Counted from the stretch's first letter, positions 27,366-36,561 are shown. The stretch: DNA of 64,000 bases from an uncultured Coriobacteriales bacterium (GCA_934654475.1 CAKUFZ010000008.1:2361-66360), one strand, 5' to 3'. Notes: a model not told the origin generated them from the letters alone. Numbers and translations: made by a program.

Positions 27366-28037
27366 ATGTACTTCGTATTGGGCGGCGGTGGCAAGGTGGG
27401 AGAGGCGGCTGCAAAGCTGTTGCTGGCGGCCGGCCACGAGGTTGCCATCGTCGAGAACGACGAGGACCACACCTCGATTCTCGCCGAGCATCTCACGGGC
27501 CGTGTGATGGTCATCAAGGGCGACTGCTGCGACACCAAGGCGCTCGTGGACGCCGGCATCATGGACGCCGACGTGTACTGCGCGCTTTCGGGTCATGATG
27601 ACGACAATCTTGCATCGTGCGAGATCGCCGCGACCCTGTATCGCGTGGCACGCACGGTCGCGCGCGTCAACGACCCCCGCAACGAGCGTATCTTCGTGAA
27701 GATGGGCATCGAGACGGTGAGCTCGACCACGGCCATCGCCAACATGGTGCAGTCGGCCGTGGTGATGTCGTCGGGCGAGCGCAACGTCATGCCGCTCGTC
27801 CACGACGGGTTCGTCCTCATGGAGGTGCTGACCGCCGGCTTGTCGGGGGGTGCCGAGAGCGCTCGCCGCGTGAGCGAGATCGACCTGCCCGGGCAAGCTG
27901 CGCTTTTGGCCGTGTGGTCTGATGGCGCTTACCGGCCTGTGGCCCCCTCCACGCTCATCACCCCGGGCGCCACGGTGCTCGTTGCCGCGCAGCCTGAAGA
28001 CGAGCCTGAGGTACGCCGAGCGCTCTTCGATCTGTAG
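27366..28037 (+). CDS. trkA: TrkA/KtrA-family K+ transport NAD-binding subunit (second paralog)
   Basis: MYFVLGGGGKVGEAAAKLLLAAGHEVAIVE. Lies directly downstream of the first paralog. Confidence 0.8.
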   Translation: MYFVLGGGGKVGEAAAKLLLAAGHEVAIVENDEDHTSILAEHLTGRVMVIKGDCCDTKALVDAGIMDADVYCALSGHDDDNLASCEIAATLYRVARTVARVNDPRNERIFVKMGIETVSSTTAIANMVQSAVVMSSGERNVMPLVHDGFVLMEVLTAGLSGGAESARRVSEIDLPGQAALLAVWSDGAYRPVAPSTLITPGATVLVAAQPEDEPEVRRALFDL

Positions 28038-28133
28038 AGTCTCGCACAAGGCGAAGTTTCTGGTTGTTTAAGCGGTGAATCTGCAACGTTGTCGCTGTTA
28101 AACGCTTGCAGATGAGGTACTATCAGCCGATGC

Positions 28134-28209
28134 GGGCCGTTAGCTCAGTTGGCAGAGCAGGGGACTTTTAATCCCAAGGTCGTGGGTTCGACCCCCACAC
28201 GGCCCACCA
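28134..28209 (+). tRNA. tRNA-Lys (anticodon UUU), CCA encoded
   Basis: Hand-folded cloverleaf. Acceptor GGGCCGT/ACGGCCC, anticodon loop CTTTTAA, T-arm GTGGG-TTCGACC-CCCAC. 76 nt. Confidence 0.9.
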
Positions 28210-28478
28210 TTGCAAAAACGCAGGTCAGACGGTGTAAATCGTCTGGCCTGTTTGCGTTTTGGGGCCAAGGTGCAACACGAGGTGCGACAAAGTGCCACAA
28301 ATTCTCACATTTGGCGTACGCAACTGGCCAAGAAGTTGCCACAGACGGCTAATAATCTGTGTATAAAGCCATCGAAAGGGTTAGGGTGAAACATGCTTTA
28401 CCCCAACCATCAAGTAGGGGGGAGACGAGACCAACTCCTGAAGGGGGTAAGCATGTTCCCCTCCCAATAGAAATCGAT

Positions 28479-28530
28479 AAATGCCGCGCGCGGTGGTGCT
28501 CGACACAACCGCGTCGCGCGCGGCATTTTT
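28479..28530 (+). terminator. Orphan strong hairpin plus T-run
   Basis: AAATGCCGCGCGCG, a 22-nt loop, CGCGCGCGGCATTT, then TT. No convincing CDS lies upstream. Confidence 0.45.
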
Positions 28531-28631
28531 GCGATAGAATGCGCGGATAGTTCTCCATATGGTCGGCGGGCCTCAAAACGCAGCGCGATCCGTGGGCGTG
28601 GGGTTACTCGCGAGATGGCGTCCAAAAGCAG

Positions 28632-29861
28632 ATGGGTCGGCTCCTTGGAAACATGAACCGGGAAATCAAAGACGCTAGAGCGGAAAGCAGGGCCGTTACC
28701 TACGACTCGAAGCGTTTCAGCTGGACTCGTCGTATGGAAGATATTGCAAAGAAGGGCGGCCAGCTCGTCTTCAATGGCAACCAGGTCATAAAGGGCATGT
28801 ACAGGCCATTCTGTAAGCTGTGGGTTTACTATGACCGTATGATGAACGAAATGACCTATCAGCAACTCATGCTTTCCTCAAGTGCCGAGGAAAAAGGCGG
28901 CGACGAAAGGACCTATCAGCAACATCTCCTCCATTGCCTTGAGAACTATTGCATTAGCATGGTGTTTGGACCGCGTGATTTCTCCTGTCTTATGACGAAC
29001 GTCATCCCAGATATTCAGCTTTCATTTAATGGCCAGTGCTTCCCTCTCTACTGGTACGAGGAGTCCGAGGTCGGGACGGCGCTCTTCGACGACAACGACG
29101 TCGCTTATGACGGCGAGCAGCTGTCGCTCTTTGGCAACGGTGCCTCCCACACGGAGAAGACCGTCACAAGGCGTGACACCATCACCGACCAGGCGCTGGG
29201 CGTCTTCCGCAAGGCCTACCCGCGTGCCTTTGCGGGTCGCTACAAGAAGGACGGCGGGGAGGAGCTCTCCAAGGAGGACATCTTCTTCTACGTCTATGGC
29301 ATCCTGCACTCTCCGGAGTACCGGGAGCGCTTTGCGGCCAACCTCAAGAAGGAGCTGCCGCGCATACCCCTGGCCGAGGACTTCCGCACCTTCTCCGAGG
29401 CGGGCCGCAAGCTGGCTGGCTTGCACCTCAACTACGAGAGCGTCGAGCCCTGGGGTGGTATTGTCGAGGACGGTGACTCCGTTGATCCGGGTCGTACGGA
29501 GAAGATGACGTTCGGCAAGTGCAAGAAAGACGAGGAGCACCCCGACGGCAAGGACATGACCGTGCTGCACGTGGCGCAGAACCTCACGCTGCGCAACATC
29601 CCGCTTGAGGCCTACGACTACGTGGTCAACGGACGCTCGGCCATCGGCTGGCTCATGGACCGCTACCAGGTGAGGTGTGACAAAGCCTCTGAGATCGTGA
29701 ACGACCCCAACGACTACTCCGACGACCCGCGCTACATCGTGGACCTCGTGGAGAGCGTCGTCACCGTGTCCATCGAGACCATGAGCATCGTGCGGTCGCT
29801 CCCGCCGCTCCACGAGCGCCCTCAGCCCGCTGACTGGCCCATGGAATGGAAGATGGGATAG
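28632..29861 (+). pseudogene. C-terminal remnant of a type ISP restriction-modification enzyme (coupler/target-recognition tail only)
   Basis: MYRPFCKLWVYYD, FFYVYGILHSPEYRERFAANLKKELPRIPL and YDYVVNGRSAIGWLMDRYQVRCDKASEIVNDPNDY are hallmarks of the type ISP C-terminal domain. Full enzymes are about 1500 aa. Here no helicase or methylase part exists upstream, and there is an in-frame stop at 28548. Confidence 0.6.
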
Positions 29862-29928
29862 AGCCTGGCTTCGATCTAGACGGGGCACATGCCCCTTTGA
29901 AAGAACATGTGCCCCGTCTTTCAAATGG

Positions 29929-31623
29929 CTATGATTGAATAGCTTTGACAAGATAATGGGATTTGCTACCCTGTCCGGCTGCCATAAGCTCCTCTTTTGC
30001 AACCAGTTTTTGAAGTAGGCGATAAGCCTGCTTTCTGTTGATGTGCAAGAGGTTCTCCACATCACGCGTGGCGATTTTCCCTCCCTGTTCCCGTGCGAGT
30101 TTCATGACGAGTTCGGGATATCTGACTTTATCGATATCGGTCTGGAGTACAAAACTTTTCTCTTTGCCCGAACATCTATAGACATTTTTACTCAGTATAT
30201 ATGAACGAGGGCTATTGCCCCAAGCTTCAACCAAGCCTATTTCGACGAGTGTCTCAAGAGTCGAGCGAGCCATTGTCTCGGTGAAGTTCAGCTGCTGGGC
30301 TAGTTGCGATGCCGTGAGCCGCCTTTGGTTCTTCAACGCATCAAGTACGAGTAAGGAGCGTAAAGACAGTGCCCTACCGCTGCGCGCCTGCTCATCTTGT
30401 ATCATTTGCATGAAGGGTTTGTCGGGCGCACTACGTGCGATGAATACTTTGACGTATGTGGCTGTAGAGCCTGTGTAGTCTGGCAATGGGCGCCCGTAAT
30501 ACAAAGAACCCTCGAAGATACGGTCGACGCCTCGCCCTGTTTTCTCGGCAAGGCCAATGCGTTTGAGAGCACTCATGAGGCATTCGTTGCGACCATGGGG
30601 TTCAACGGTGAGAAGATTGTCTACAGTAACCCCTTCGATAAACCCGCCAGGATTGGCGATGGTCAGCCCTTCGTTGTCGACAAGTACACGGACGCGGCCA
30701 AGCGTCGCATAGTCTCGATGGCCAAATGCATTGACCAACGCTTCCCTGAATGCTCTCTTGTCGAACTGAGGTACAGACAGCCTGAACAAGCCGTCTTCAT
30801 ACTCTTCTTCGGGGTTCCAGGGATCAAGCATTTCGAACATCTTCTCAATTGTATAGAGAAGTGGTTGATCGAAATCCTGGTTTATTCGGACTTCAGTTCC
30901 ATCAAGAACTTGGAAAGTGGCACCTGCTGTTGGCATGCATCGGCGAATGGCATCTTCTTTGCCGACGAGAAGCATGCCTGCTACCGTGGGGGTTGGTTTT
31001 CCATCCACAACAGTAGTCATGCGTAGAGAACTCAGGATTTCGTTGTCGGAAAGTTCAAGCAATGACTGGTCGGCGCCACGACTGCGGGATAGGATTTCAC
31101 GCAGTCGAGTAATTTCCTCGGGACTAAAGTCATCGACGTTTGTGTCTGGAATGGGGAATGTTGAGTAGTCAAGCTGTCCAACGGTAGAAAGTCTAGTGAT
31201 GATTTCATATGGATACATGGGCACGCTTTCAGGCGAGCCGTCAGCCTTCAAGCGCCGTCGCATTATCTTTCCGTCAGAGGAAGCGACGATACCGACAGAT
31301 TTTGAGATTTCAATCAAGGCAATTTGGACGCCATGCTCGTCCGATTTGCCAGTGGCGTCCAGGTGTAAGACGGATATCCTGGCTGCTACGGGAGGGATTG
31401 TTTTGTTTGCAATCAGCGCTGCGAGTCTGATTACATCCTCGTGCTCTTTATGAAGGCCTGTTGGAACCCCGTTGTCCTCTACTCCGAGATAGATGGAACC
31501 CCCGTCGGTGTTGCAAAGCGCTACGACGGTATCGATGAGCTCGCTGTCTCGCAAGTGTTTCAAATCACTCTTGAATTCAACAGAGAGCGTTTCCTTTTCG
31601 GGAATCTCGCGTTGAGAAGCCAT
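29929..31623 (-). CDS. AlbA_2 (Schlafen-like) / HATPase_c_4 / winged-HTH putative DNA-binding regulator
   Basis: 564 aa from the ATG at 31623. The N-terminus KETLSVEFKSDLKHL...ALCNTDGGSIYLGVEDNG is AlbA_2-like. The middle ALVNAFGHRDY...NPGG is a GHKL-like segment. C-terminal wHTH repeats follow. Confidence 0.7.
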   Translation of the reverse strand: MASQREIPEKETLSVEFKSDLKHLRDSELIDTVVALCNTDGGSIYLGVEDNGVPTGLHKEHEDVIRLAALIANKTIPPVAARISVLHLDATGKSDEHGVQIALIEISKSVGIVASSDGKIMRRRLKADGSPESVPMYPYEIITRLSTVGQLDYSTFPIPDTNVDDFSPEEITRLREILSRSRGADQSLLELSDNEILSSLRMTTVVDGKPTPTVAGMLLVGKEDAIRRCMPTAGATFQVLDGTEVRINQDFDQPLLYTIEKMFEMLDPWNPEEEYEDGLFRLSVPQFDKRAFREALVNAFGHRDYATLGRVRVLVDNEGLTIANPGGFIEGVTVDNLLTVEPHGRNECLMSALKRIGLAEKTGRGVDRIFEGSLYYGRPLPDYTGSTATYVKVFIARSAPDKPFMQMIQDEQARSGRALSLRSLLVLDALKNQRRLTASQLAQQLNFTETMARSTLETLVEIGLVEAWGNSPRSYILSKNVYRCSGKEKSFVLQTDIDKVRYPELVMKLAREQGGKIATRDVENLLHINRKQAYRLLQKLVAKEELMAAGQGSKSHYLVKAIQS

Positions 31624-31671
31624 GTGTGTCCTGTCCTCCAATTTTACTGTCAAGTGGATTCTAACAGACGA

Positions 31672-31732
31672 TTGGGACATTGAATGGGACATGTCCTATT
31701 AAGATTAGGACATGTCCCATTCAATGTCCCAA
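31672..31732. repeat. Perfect 27-bp-arm palindrome (7-nt centre)
   Basis: TTGGGACATTGAATGGGACATGTCCTA, centre ttaagat, TAGGACATGTCCCATTCAATGTCCCAA. It lies 49-109 bp upstream of the AlbA_2 gene start. Confidence 0.95.
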
Positions 31733-31988
31733 AGACGCATGAGACTTCTGGACGACTGGAATGATGGACATTTGGGGGCCAGCGCTGGGATAAGATTGTT
31801 GGCGATTTATCCCACCTTATCCCGGATTTATCCCCCATTTTAGTCCTCTTGGTAGAGAAACCGCTGGTAGAGACGTCACGCGGAGTAGTCGATTTTGAGA
31901 CGTTAATCCCACTTATGCGCCGATGCCGCGCCGGGGGATGACGGGATTGGCCCAGTTTGAGCGACGCGGCATGGGCTGTGTGTTGGGA

Positions 31989-32028
31989 TTGGGACATTGA
32001 ATGGGACATGTCCTATTCAATGTCCCAA
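31989..32028. repeat. Second, internally deleted copy of the palindrome
   Basis: TTGGGACATTGAATGGGACATGTCCTATTCAATGTCCCAA. This is the left arm plus the last 13 nt of the right arm, with 21 nt missing. Confidence 0.9.
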
Positions 32029-32128
32029 TCCTTTTCGATGTCTTTGACGGTTTGGGTTGACAGATCCATGGCACGCCAAATGCAAAGAGGGCCAACTCCC
32101 TGGGGAGCCGGCCCTCTTGAGTGTTCGA

Positions 32129-32203
32129 TGGAGCGGGCAACGGGATTCGAACCCGCGAATACCAGCTTGGGAAGCTGGGGCCTTACCGCTTGGCGATGCC
32201 CGC
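32129..32203 (-). tRNA. tRNA-Gly (anticodon CCC), CCA encoded
   Basis: The reverse complement folds as GCGGGCA...anticodon loop TTCCCAA...T-arm GCGGG-TTCGAAT-CCCGT...TGCCCGC-T-CCA. 75 nt. Confidence 0.9.
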
Positions 32204-32369
32204 ACAAGGCAAAGCATACCATACCTTTGCTCAGGTGAACCCGTATCGTAGAAACAACCGCATTTTGCATCCATAACCCCCAAACGACCATCTCGTTGTC
32301 GTATCCTGGGCAGGTACCCTTTTGTTTTTAACCACCGCGCTATGTGCGGCACGAGCCCAGGGAGGACAT

Positions 32370-32813
32370 ATGCAAAAGAGCGAGATTCTGGAGCTTATCA
32401 AGGACGCGATGCGCGCCAAGGACAAGCCGCGCCTTTCCATCCTGCGTCAGGTCAACGAGGAGTTCAAGAAGATCGAGGTCGACGAGCGTCGCGAGGTCAC
32501 CGAGGCCGACGTCACCGCCTGCGTCAAGAAGCTCATCAAGATGACCTCCGAGACGTTGGAGTACTCCCGCAAGGCTGCCACCGACCCTGAGCGCACCGCG
32601 ATGCTTGAAACGCAGGTCAAGGTGCTTGAGGAGCTGCTTCCCGCCCAGCTTTCGGGCGATGTGCTCGCAGCCCTCATCGACGAGATCTGCACGGCGGGCG
32701 GCTACACCTCCAAGAAGGAGATGGGCAAGGTCATGAAGGAGCTGGGAGAGCGTACCCAGGGCAACTTCGACAAGCCGTCTGCGGCCAAGATTCTCGGCGG
32801 CAAGCTTGCCTAG
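32370..32813 (+). CDS. yqeY: GatB/YqeY-domain protein
   Basis: MQKSEILELIKDAMRAKDKPRLSILRQV... and ...KEMGKVMKEL. GGGAGGA SD upstream. Confidence 0.85.
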   Translation: MQKSEILELIKDAMRAKDKPRLSILRQVNEEFKKIEVDERREVTEADVTACVKKLIKMTSETLEYSRKAATDPERTAMLETQVKVLEELLPAQLSGDVLAALIDEICTAGGYTSKKEMGKVMKELGERTQGNFDKPSAAKILGGKLA

Positions 32814-33948
32814 CCAGAGCGGCGGTGGGGACCGCAACCAGTTCAGCCGCTCGAATCCCCAGTATTACACGGCGCCGCGTTCCTCGGGTCGACTCTATGG
32901 CACTGATGAATTCACTCGTCAGCAACCGGTGCAGTCCTCGTACGCCTACGATGACGCGGGGTACGGCATGTCCGACGATGGCTACGGCCAGGCCCAGCAG
33001 CCCTATGGGTATGCCGAGTGCGGCCCGACCCAGCAGCAGGCCGCCGTCGGTTTCAACAGGGCGGCTTCGAGTCATTTCGCCTCATCGCAGCCTCCCGAGC
33101 CCCCGCGCAAGAAGAAGGGTTCGAAGGGCATGCTCGTGCTCGCGATCCTTCTCCTTGTGGTGGGCCTTGTAACCATCGGCATCGCCGTCAGCATGTACAT
33201 GAACACGCAGGCCGAGTACGAGGTGGGCAACCAGGAGTACGCCTCGCTTGTGGAGGAGGCTGTGGAGCAGGACCAGGTGAGCGGCACGCCCACGGTCGAC
33301 TTCGCCGCCCTGACCTCTCAGAACCCTGAGATCGTGGGCTGGGTGCAGATTCCCGACACGCCGGTGAACTACCCGGTTGCCCAGCATTCCGACAACGACT
33401 GGTACCTTGAGCACACCTTCTTGGGCCAGTACAACCTCGCCGGTTCTGTGTTCATGGATTACCGCAGCTCCAGCGCGCTGACCGACCGCGTCACCGTCAT
33501 GTACGGCCATCACCTCAAGAACGGCGCGATGTTCGCGCGCGTGGCCGACTACTCCGAACAGTCCGAACTCGACACCGTGCGCGAGGTGTACTACGTGACG
33601 GCCGACGGCACGCTCCATACGCTCATGCCGCTGTGCTCGCTTGTGGTGTCGGGCTATGACACGGACGTCCTGCAGTTCGATTTTGCCGACGACGCGAGCT
33701 TCCAGGCGTATGTGGAATCGCTCATTTCGCGGTCAAGCGCACGTGTTGCGGGTGCGACCTCTGCAGGCGTGTCCCACATCTATATACTTTCAACGTGCAG
33801 TTATGCAACGGACAACGAGCGTACCATGCTGGTATGCGTGGAGCGCGACAACTCCGTGCTCTCGCAGGACCAGACGTATCAGCAAGTCGCAGGCATCCAG
33901 TCCGCCGCCGACGAGGCAGCGGGCGTCTCAAACGACGGAGAGGCTTAA
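32806..33948 (+). CDS. srtB: Class B-type sortase with a Q/Y/G-rich cytoplasmic N-tail and a TM anchor
   Basis: IVGWVQIPDTPVNYPVAQHSDNDWYLEHTF, VMYGHH and the catalytic YILSTCSY. The start is uncertain: TTG at 32806 or an internal ATG. Confidence 0.7.
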   Translation: MPSQSGGGDRNQFSRSNPQYYTAPRSSGRLYGTDEFTRQQPVQSSYAYDDAGYGMSDDGYGQAQQPYGYAECGPTQQQAAVGFNRAASSHFASSQPPEPPRKKKGSKGMLVLAILLLVVGLVTIGIAVSMYMNTQAEYEVGNQEYASLVEEAVEQDQVSGTPTVDFAALTSQNPEIVGWVQIPDTPVNYPVAQHSDNDWYLEHTFLGQYNLAGSVFMDYRSSSALTDRVTVMYGHHLKNGAMFARVADYSEQSELDTVREVYYVTADGTLHTLMPLCSLVVSGYDTDVLQFDFADDASFQAYVESLISRSSARVAGATSAGVSHIYILSTCSYATDNERTMLVCVERDNSVLSQDQTYQQVAGIQSAADEAAGVSNDGEA

Positions 33949-33955
33949 AAGGAAC

Positions 33956-35491
33956 ATGTACCCCGCAGACGAGCTCGACGAACTGTTCGACCCCAACGCC
34001 CCGGCGGATCATCCTGAGGAGGAATGCGGCGTCTTCGGCGTGTGGGCACCGGGCAAGGACGTTGCCCGCATGACCTACTTTGCCCTGCACGCCCTGCAGC
34101 ACCGCGGTCAGGAATCGGCCGGCATCGCCATCGGCGACGGCTCCACGGTGCTCGTGCGCAAGGACGAGGGCCTTGTGACCCAGGTGTTTTCCGACAGCGA
34201 CATCGCCAGCCTCAAGGGCGACCTGGCCATCGGCCATGTGCGCTACGGCACGGCGGGCGGTCGCGGTTGGGCCGGCTCCCAGCCCCACCTGTCCACCATC
34301 GGCGACGTCATCATCGCCCTGGCGCACAACGGCACGCTCGTGAACTTCGACTCGCTGCGCCGTCAGCTCATCGACCTGGGCGTTCCCTTCATGAGCAACA
34401 CCGACTCCGAGGTGGCCACGCGTCTCATCGGCTACTTCACGCAGAACACGAGGCACATCCGCGAGGGCATCCGCTGCACGATGGAGCTGCTCGAGGGCGC
34501 CTATGCCATGGTGCTCATCAACGGCGAGTCGCTCTATGCCTTCCGCGACCCCAACGGCATCCGCCCGCTCGTGCTGGGCAAGCTGCCCAACGACGCCGGC
34601 TGGTGCGTGGCAAGCGAGACCTGCGCCTTCGACATCCTGGGTGCCGAGTTTGTGCGCGAGGTCGAGCCCGGCGAGGTGCTGCGCATCAACGCCGAGGGCC
34701 TCGTGAGCGAGCGTGCGGTGGCCCCGCGCAAGAAGGCCCTGTGCATCTTCGAGCATGTGTACTTCGCACGTCCCGACTCCGTCATGGACGGCGCCACCGT
34801 GCAGTCGATGCGCGTGAAGATGGGCGAGCAGCTGGCACGCGAGAGCGCCGTCGAGGCCGACCTCGTCATCGGCGTGCCTGACTCGGGCCTTCCTGGCGCC
34901 GAGGGCTTCTCCCGCGCCAGCGGCATCCCGTGCCGCACCGGCTTCGTGAAGAACCGCTACGTGGGCCGCACGTTCATCCAGCCCACGCAGGAGATGCGCG
35001 AGCTGGGCGTGCGCCTCAAGCTCAACCCCCTGTGCGAGACCATCGAGGGCAAGCGCGTCGTCGTCGTGGACGACTCCATCGTGCGCGGCACCACCTCCAA
35101 GCAGATCGTGCGCATGCTGCGCGAGGCCGGCGCCACCGAGGTGCACATGCGCATCGTGAGCCCCGAGGTCAAGTGGCCTTGCTTCTACGGCATCGACACC
35201 GACACGCAGGACCAGCTCATCTCCGCCCGCAAGACCCCCGAGGAGGTCTGCGAGTGGATCGGTGCCGACAGCCTGGCGTTCTTGAGCGTCGAGGGTCTGC
35301 TTTCGTGCGTGCCTGAGGGCGGCTACTGCTGCTCGTGCTTCGACGGCGCCTATCCCGTCGAGATCCCGGCGGTGTTCTCGCAGGGCAAGTTCCTCGACGG
35401 TTACACCCCCAACAACCTGACCAAGGCTTCGGCAAACAGCCACCGCAGCGTGAGCGATGTCGCCCGCGAGATTGAAAAGGAGTACGAGTAA
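33956..35491 (+). CDS. purF: Amidophosphoribosyltransferase
   Basis: ECGVFGVW N-terminal nucleophile motif and the PRPP loop VVVVDDSIVRGTT. The track ORF (33641) has a spurious 5' extension. Confidence 0.95.
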   Translation: MYPADELDELFDPNAPADHPEEECGVFGVWAPGKDVARMTYFALHALQHRGQESAGIAIGDGSTVLVRKDEGLVTQVFSDSDIASLKGDLAIGHVRYGTAGGRGWAGSQPHLSTIGDVIIALAHNGTLVNFDSLRRQLIDLGVPFMSNTDSEVATRLIGYFTQNTRHIREGIRCTMELLEGAYAMVLINGESLYAFRDPNGIRPLVLGKLPNDAGWCVASETCAFDILGAEFVREVEPGEVLRINAEGLVSERAVAPRKKALCIFEHVYFARPDSVMDGATVQSMRVKMGEQLARESAVEADLVIGVPDSGLPGAEGFSRASGIPCRTGFVKNRYVGRTFIQPTQEMRELGVRLKLNPLCETIEGKRVVVVDDSIVRGTTSKQIVRMLREAGATEVHMRIVSPEVKWPCFYGIDTDTQDQLISARKTPEEVCEWIGADSLAFLSVEGLLSCVPEGGYCCSCFDGAYPVEIPAVFSQGKFLDGYTPNNLTKASANSHRSVSDVAREIEKEYE

Positions 35492-36550
35492 ATGGACAGC
35501 GCAAAGCAGCAGTTCACCTACAAGGACGCCGGCGTCGACACCACCGAGGGTGCCCGCGCGGTCGACGCCATCAAGGCGTGCGTCGCCACCACGAAGCGCC
35601 CCGAGGTCATCGGCGGCCTGGGTGGTTTCGGCGGCCTGTTCAGCGCCGCCAAGCTGAAGGACATGGCTGACCCCGTGCTCGTGAGCGGCACCGACGGCGT
35701 CGGCACGAAGCTGCGCCTGGCCCAGCTGTTCGACCGTCATGAGACCGTGGGCATCGACCTGGTCGCCATGTGCGTCAACGACCTGCTCGCCTCGGGCGCC
35801 GAGCCCCTCTTCTTCCTCGACTATATCGCCATCGGCCACATCGAGGCCGAACACGTCGCCCAGATCGTGGGCGGCATCGCCGAGGGCTGCCGTCAGGCCG
35901 GCTGCGCCCTTGTGGGCGGCGAGATGGCCGAGCACCCCGGCGTCATGGCCAAGGACGACTACGACCTCGCCGGCTTCTGCGTGGGCGTCGTCGACCGCCC
36001 CAAGATGATCCTGCCCGAGATGGTGCAGGAGGGCGACGCCATCCTGGGCATCGCCTCTTCGGGCCTGCACTCCAACGGCTACTCGCTGGCCCGCCGCGTG
36101 CTCATCGACGAGAGCGCCGACCTTTCGCAGTACACCGCTCCCCAGGACCGCTTCGGCGGCGAGAGCCTGGTAGACGCGATGCTCAAGCCCACGCGCATCT
36201 ACGTCAAGCCGATCCTCGGCCTGCTTGAGGCCGGTCTTCCCGTGCACGGTGTGGCCCACATCACCGGCGGCGGCATCACCGAGAACCTCAACCGCGTGCT
36301 TCCCGAGAACCTCGACGCCGAGGTCGAGTGGGGCACTTGGGACGTGCCCGCTGTGGTGCAGGCCGCTGTGGAGGCCGCCAACCTCTCCGACACCGAGGCA
36401 TACCGCACGTTCAACATGGGCGTGGGCATGTGCGTGGTGTGCGACCCTGACGCGGTCGACGACATCGCCGAGTCGCTCACGGCTGCCGGCGAGACCGTCT
36501 TCCCCGTGGGCCGCATCGTCAAGGGTACCGGCCAGGTCATCTACAAGTAA
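35492..36550 (+). CDS. purM: Phosphoribosylformylglycinamidine cyclo-ligase (AIR synthetase)
   Basis: YKDAGVDTTEG, GTDGVGTKL and DYIAIG motifs. Confidence 0.95.
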   Translation: MDSAKQQFTYKDAGVDTTEGARAVDAIKACVATTKRPEVIGGLGGFGGLFSAAKLKDMADPVLVSGTDGVGTKLRLAQLFDRHETVGIDLVAMCVNDLLASGAEPLFFLDYIAIGHIEAEHVAQIVGGIAEGCRQAGCALVGGEMAEHPGVMAKDDYDLAGFCVGVVDRPKMILPEMVQEGDAILGIASSGLHSNGYSLARRVLIDESADLSQYTAPQDRFGGESLVDAMLKPTRIYVKPILGLLEAGLPVHGVAHITGGGITENLNRVLPENLDAEVEWGTWDVPAVVQAAVEAANLSDTEAYRTFNMGVGMCVVCDPDAVDDIAESLTAAGETVFPVGRIVKGTGQVIYK

Positions 36551-36561
36551 GGGGCATACCA

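Noticed and set aside
31650-32009. ORFs beginning MSHSMSQS (31650..32009 minus strand, and the 5' extension of 29929..31692).
   Set aside because: The repeated peptide is generated by the palindrome copies. The real AlbA_2 start is the ATG at 31623.
28134-32203. The tRNA-bounded islet could be an intact integrative element or prophage.
   Set aside because: There is no integrase or recombinase. I found no duplicated tRNA 3' end (att repeat), and the content is only one remnant and one gene.
33722-36259. Very long antisense ORFs: 33722..36259(-) 845 aa, 23960..26764(-) 934 aa, 51646..54174(-) 842 aa, 9614..11386(-) 590 aa, 43242..44888(-) 548 aa, and 56569..58062(-) 497 aa.
   Set aside because: These are typical high-GC shadow frames rich in G, R, H, A, V and L with no motifs. 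Each lies opposite genes with unambiguous family signatures (purF/purM, M28-like, molybdoenzyme, rsmG/parA, flavoprotein, LuxR).
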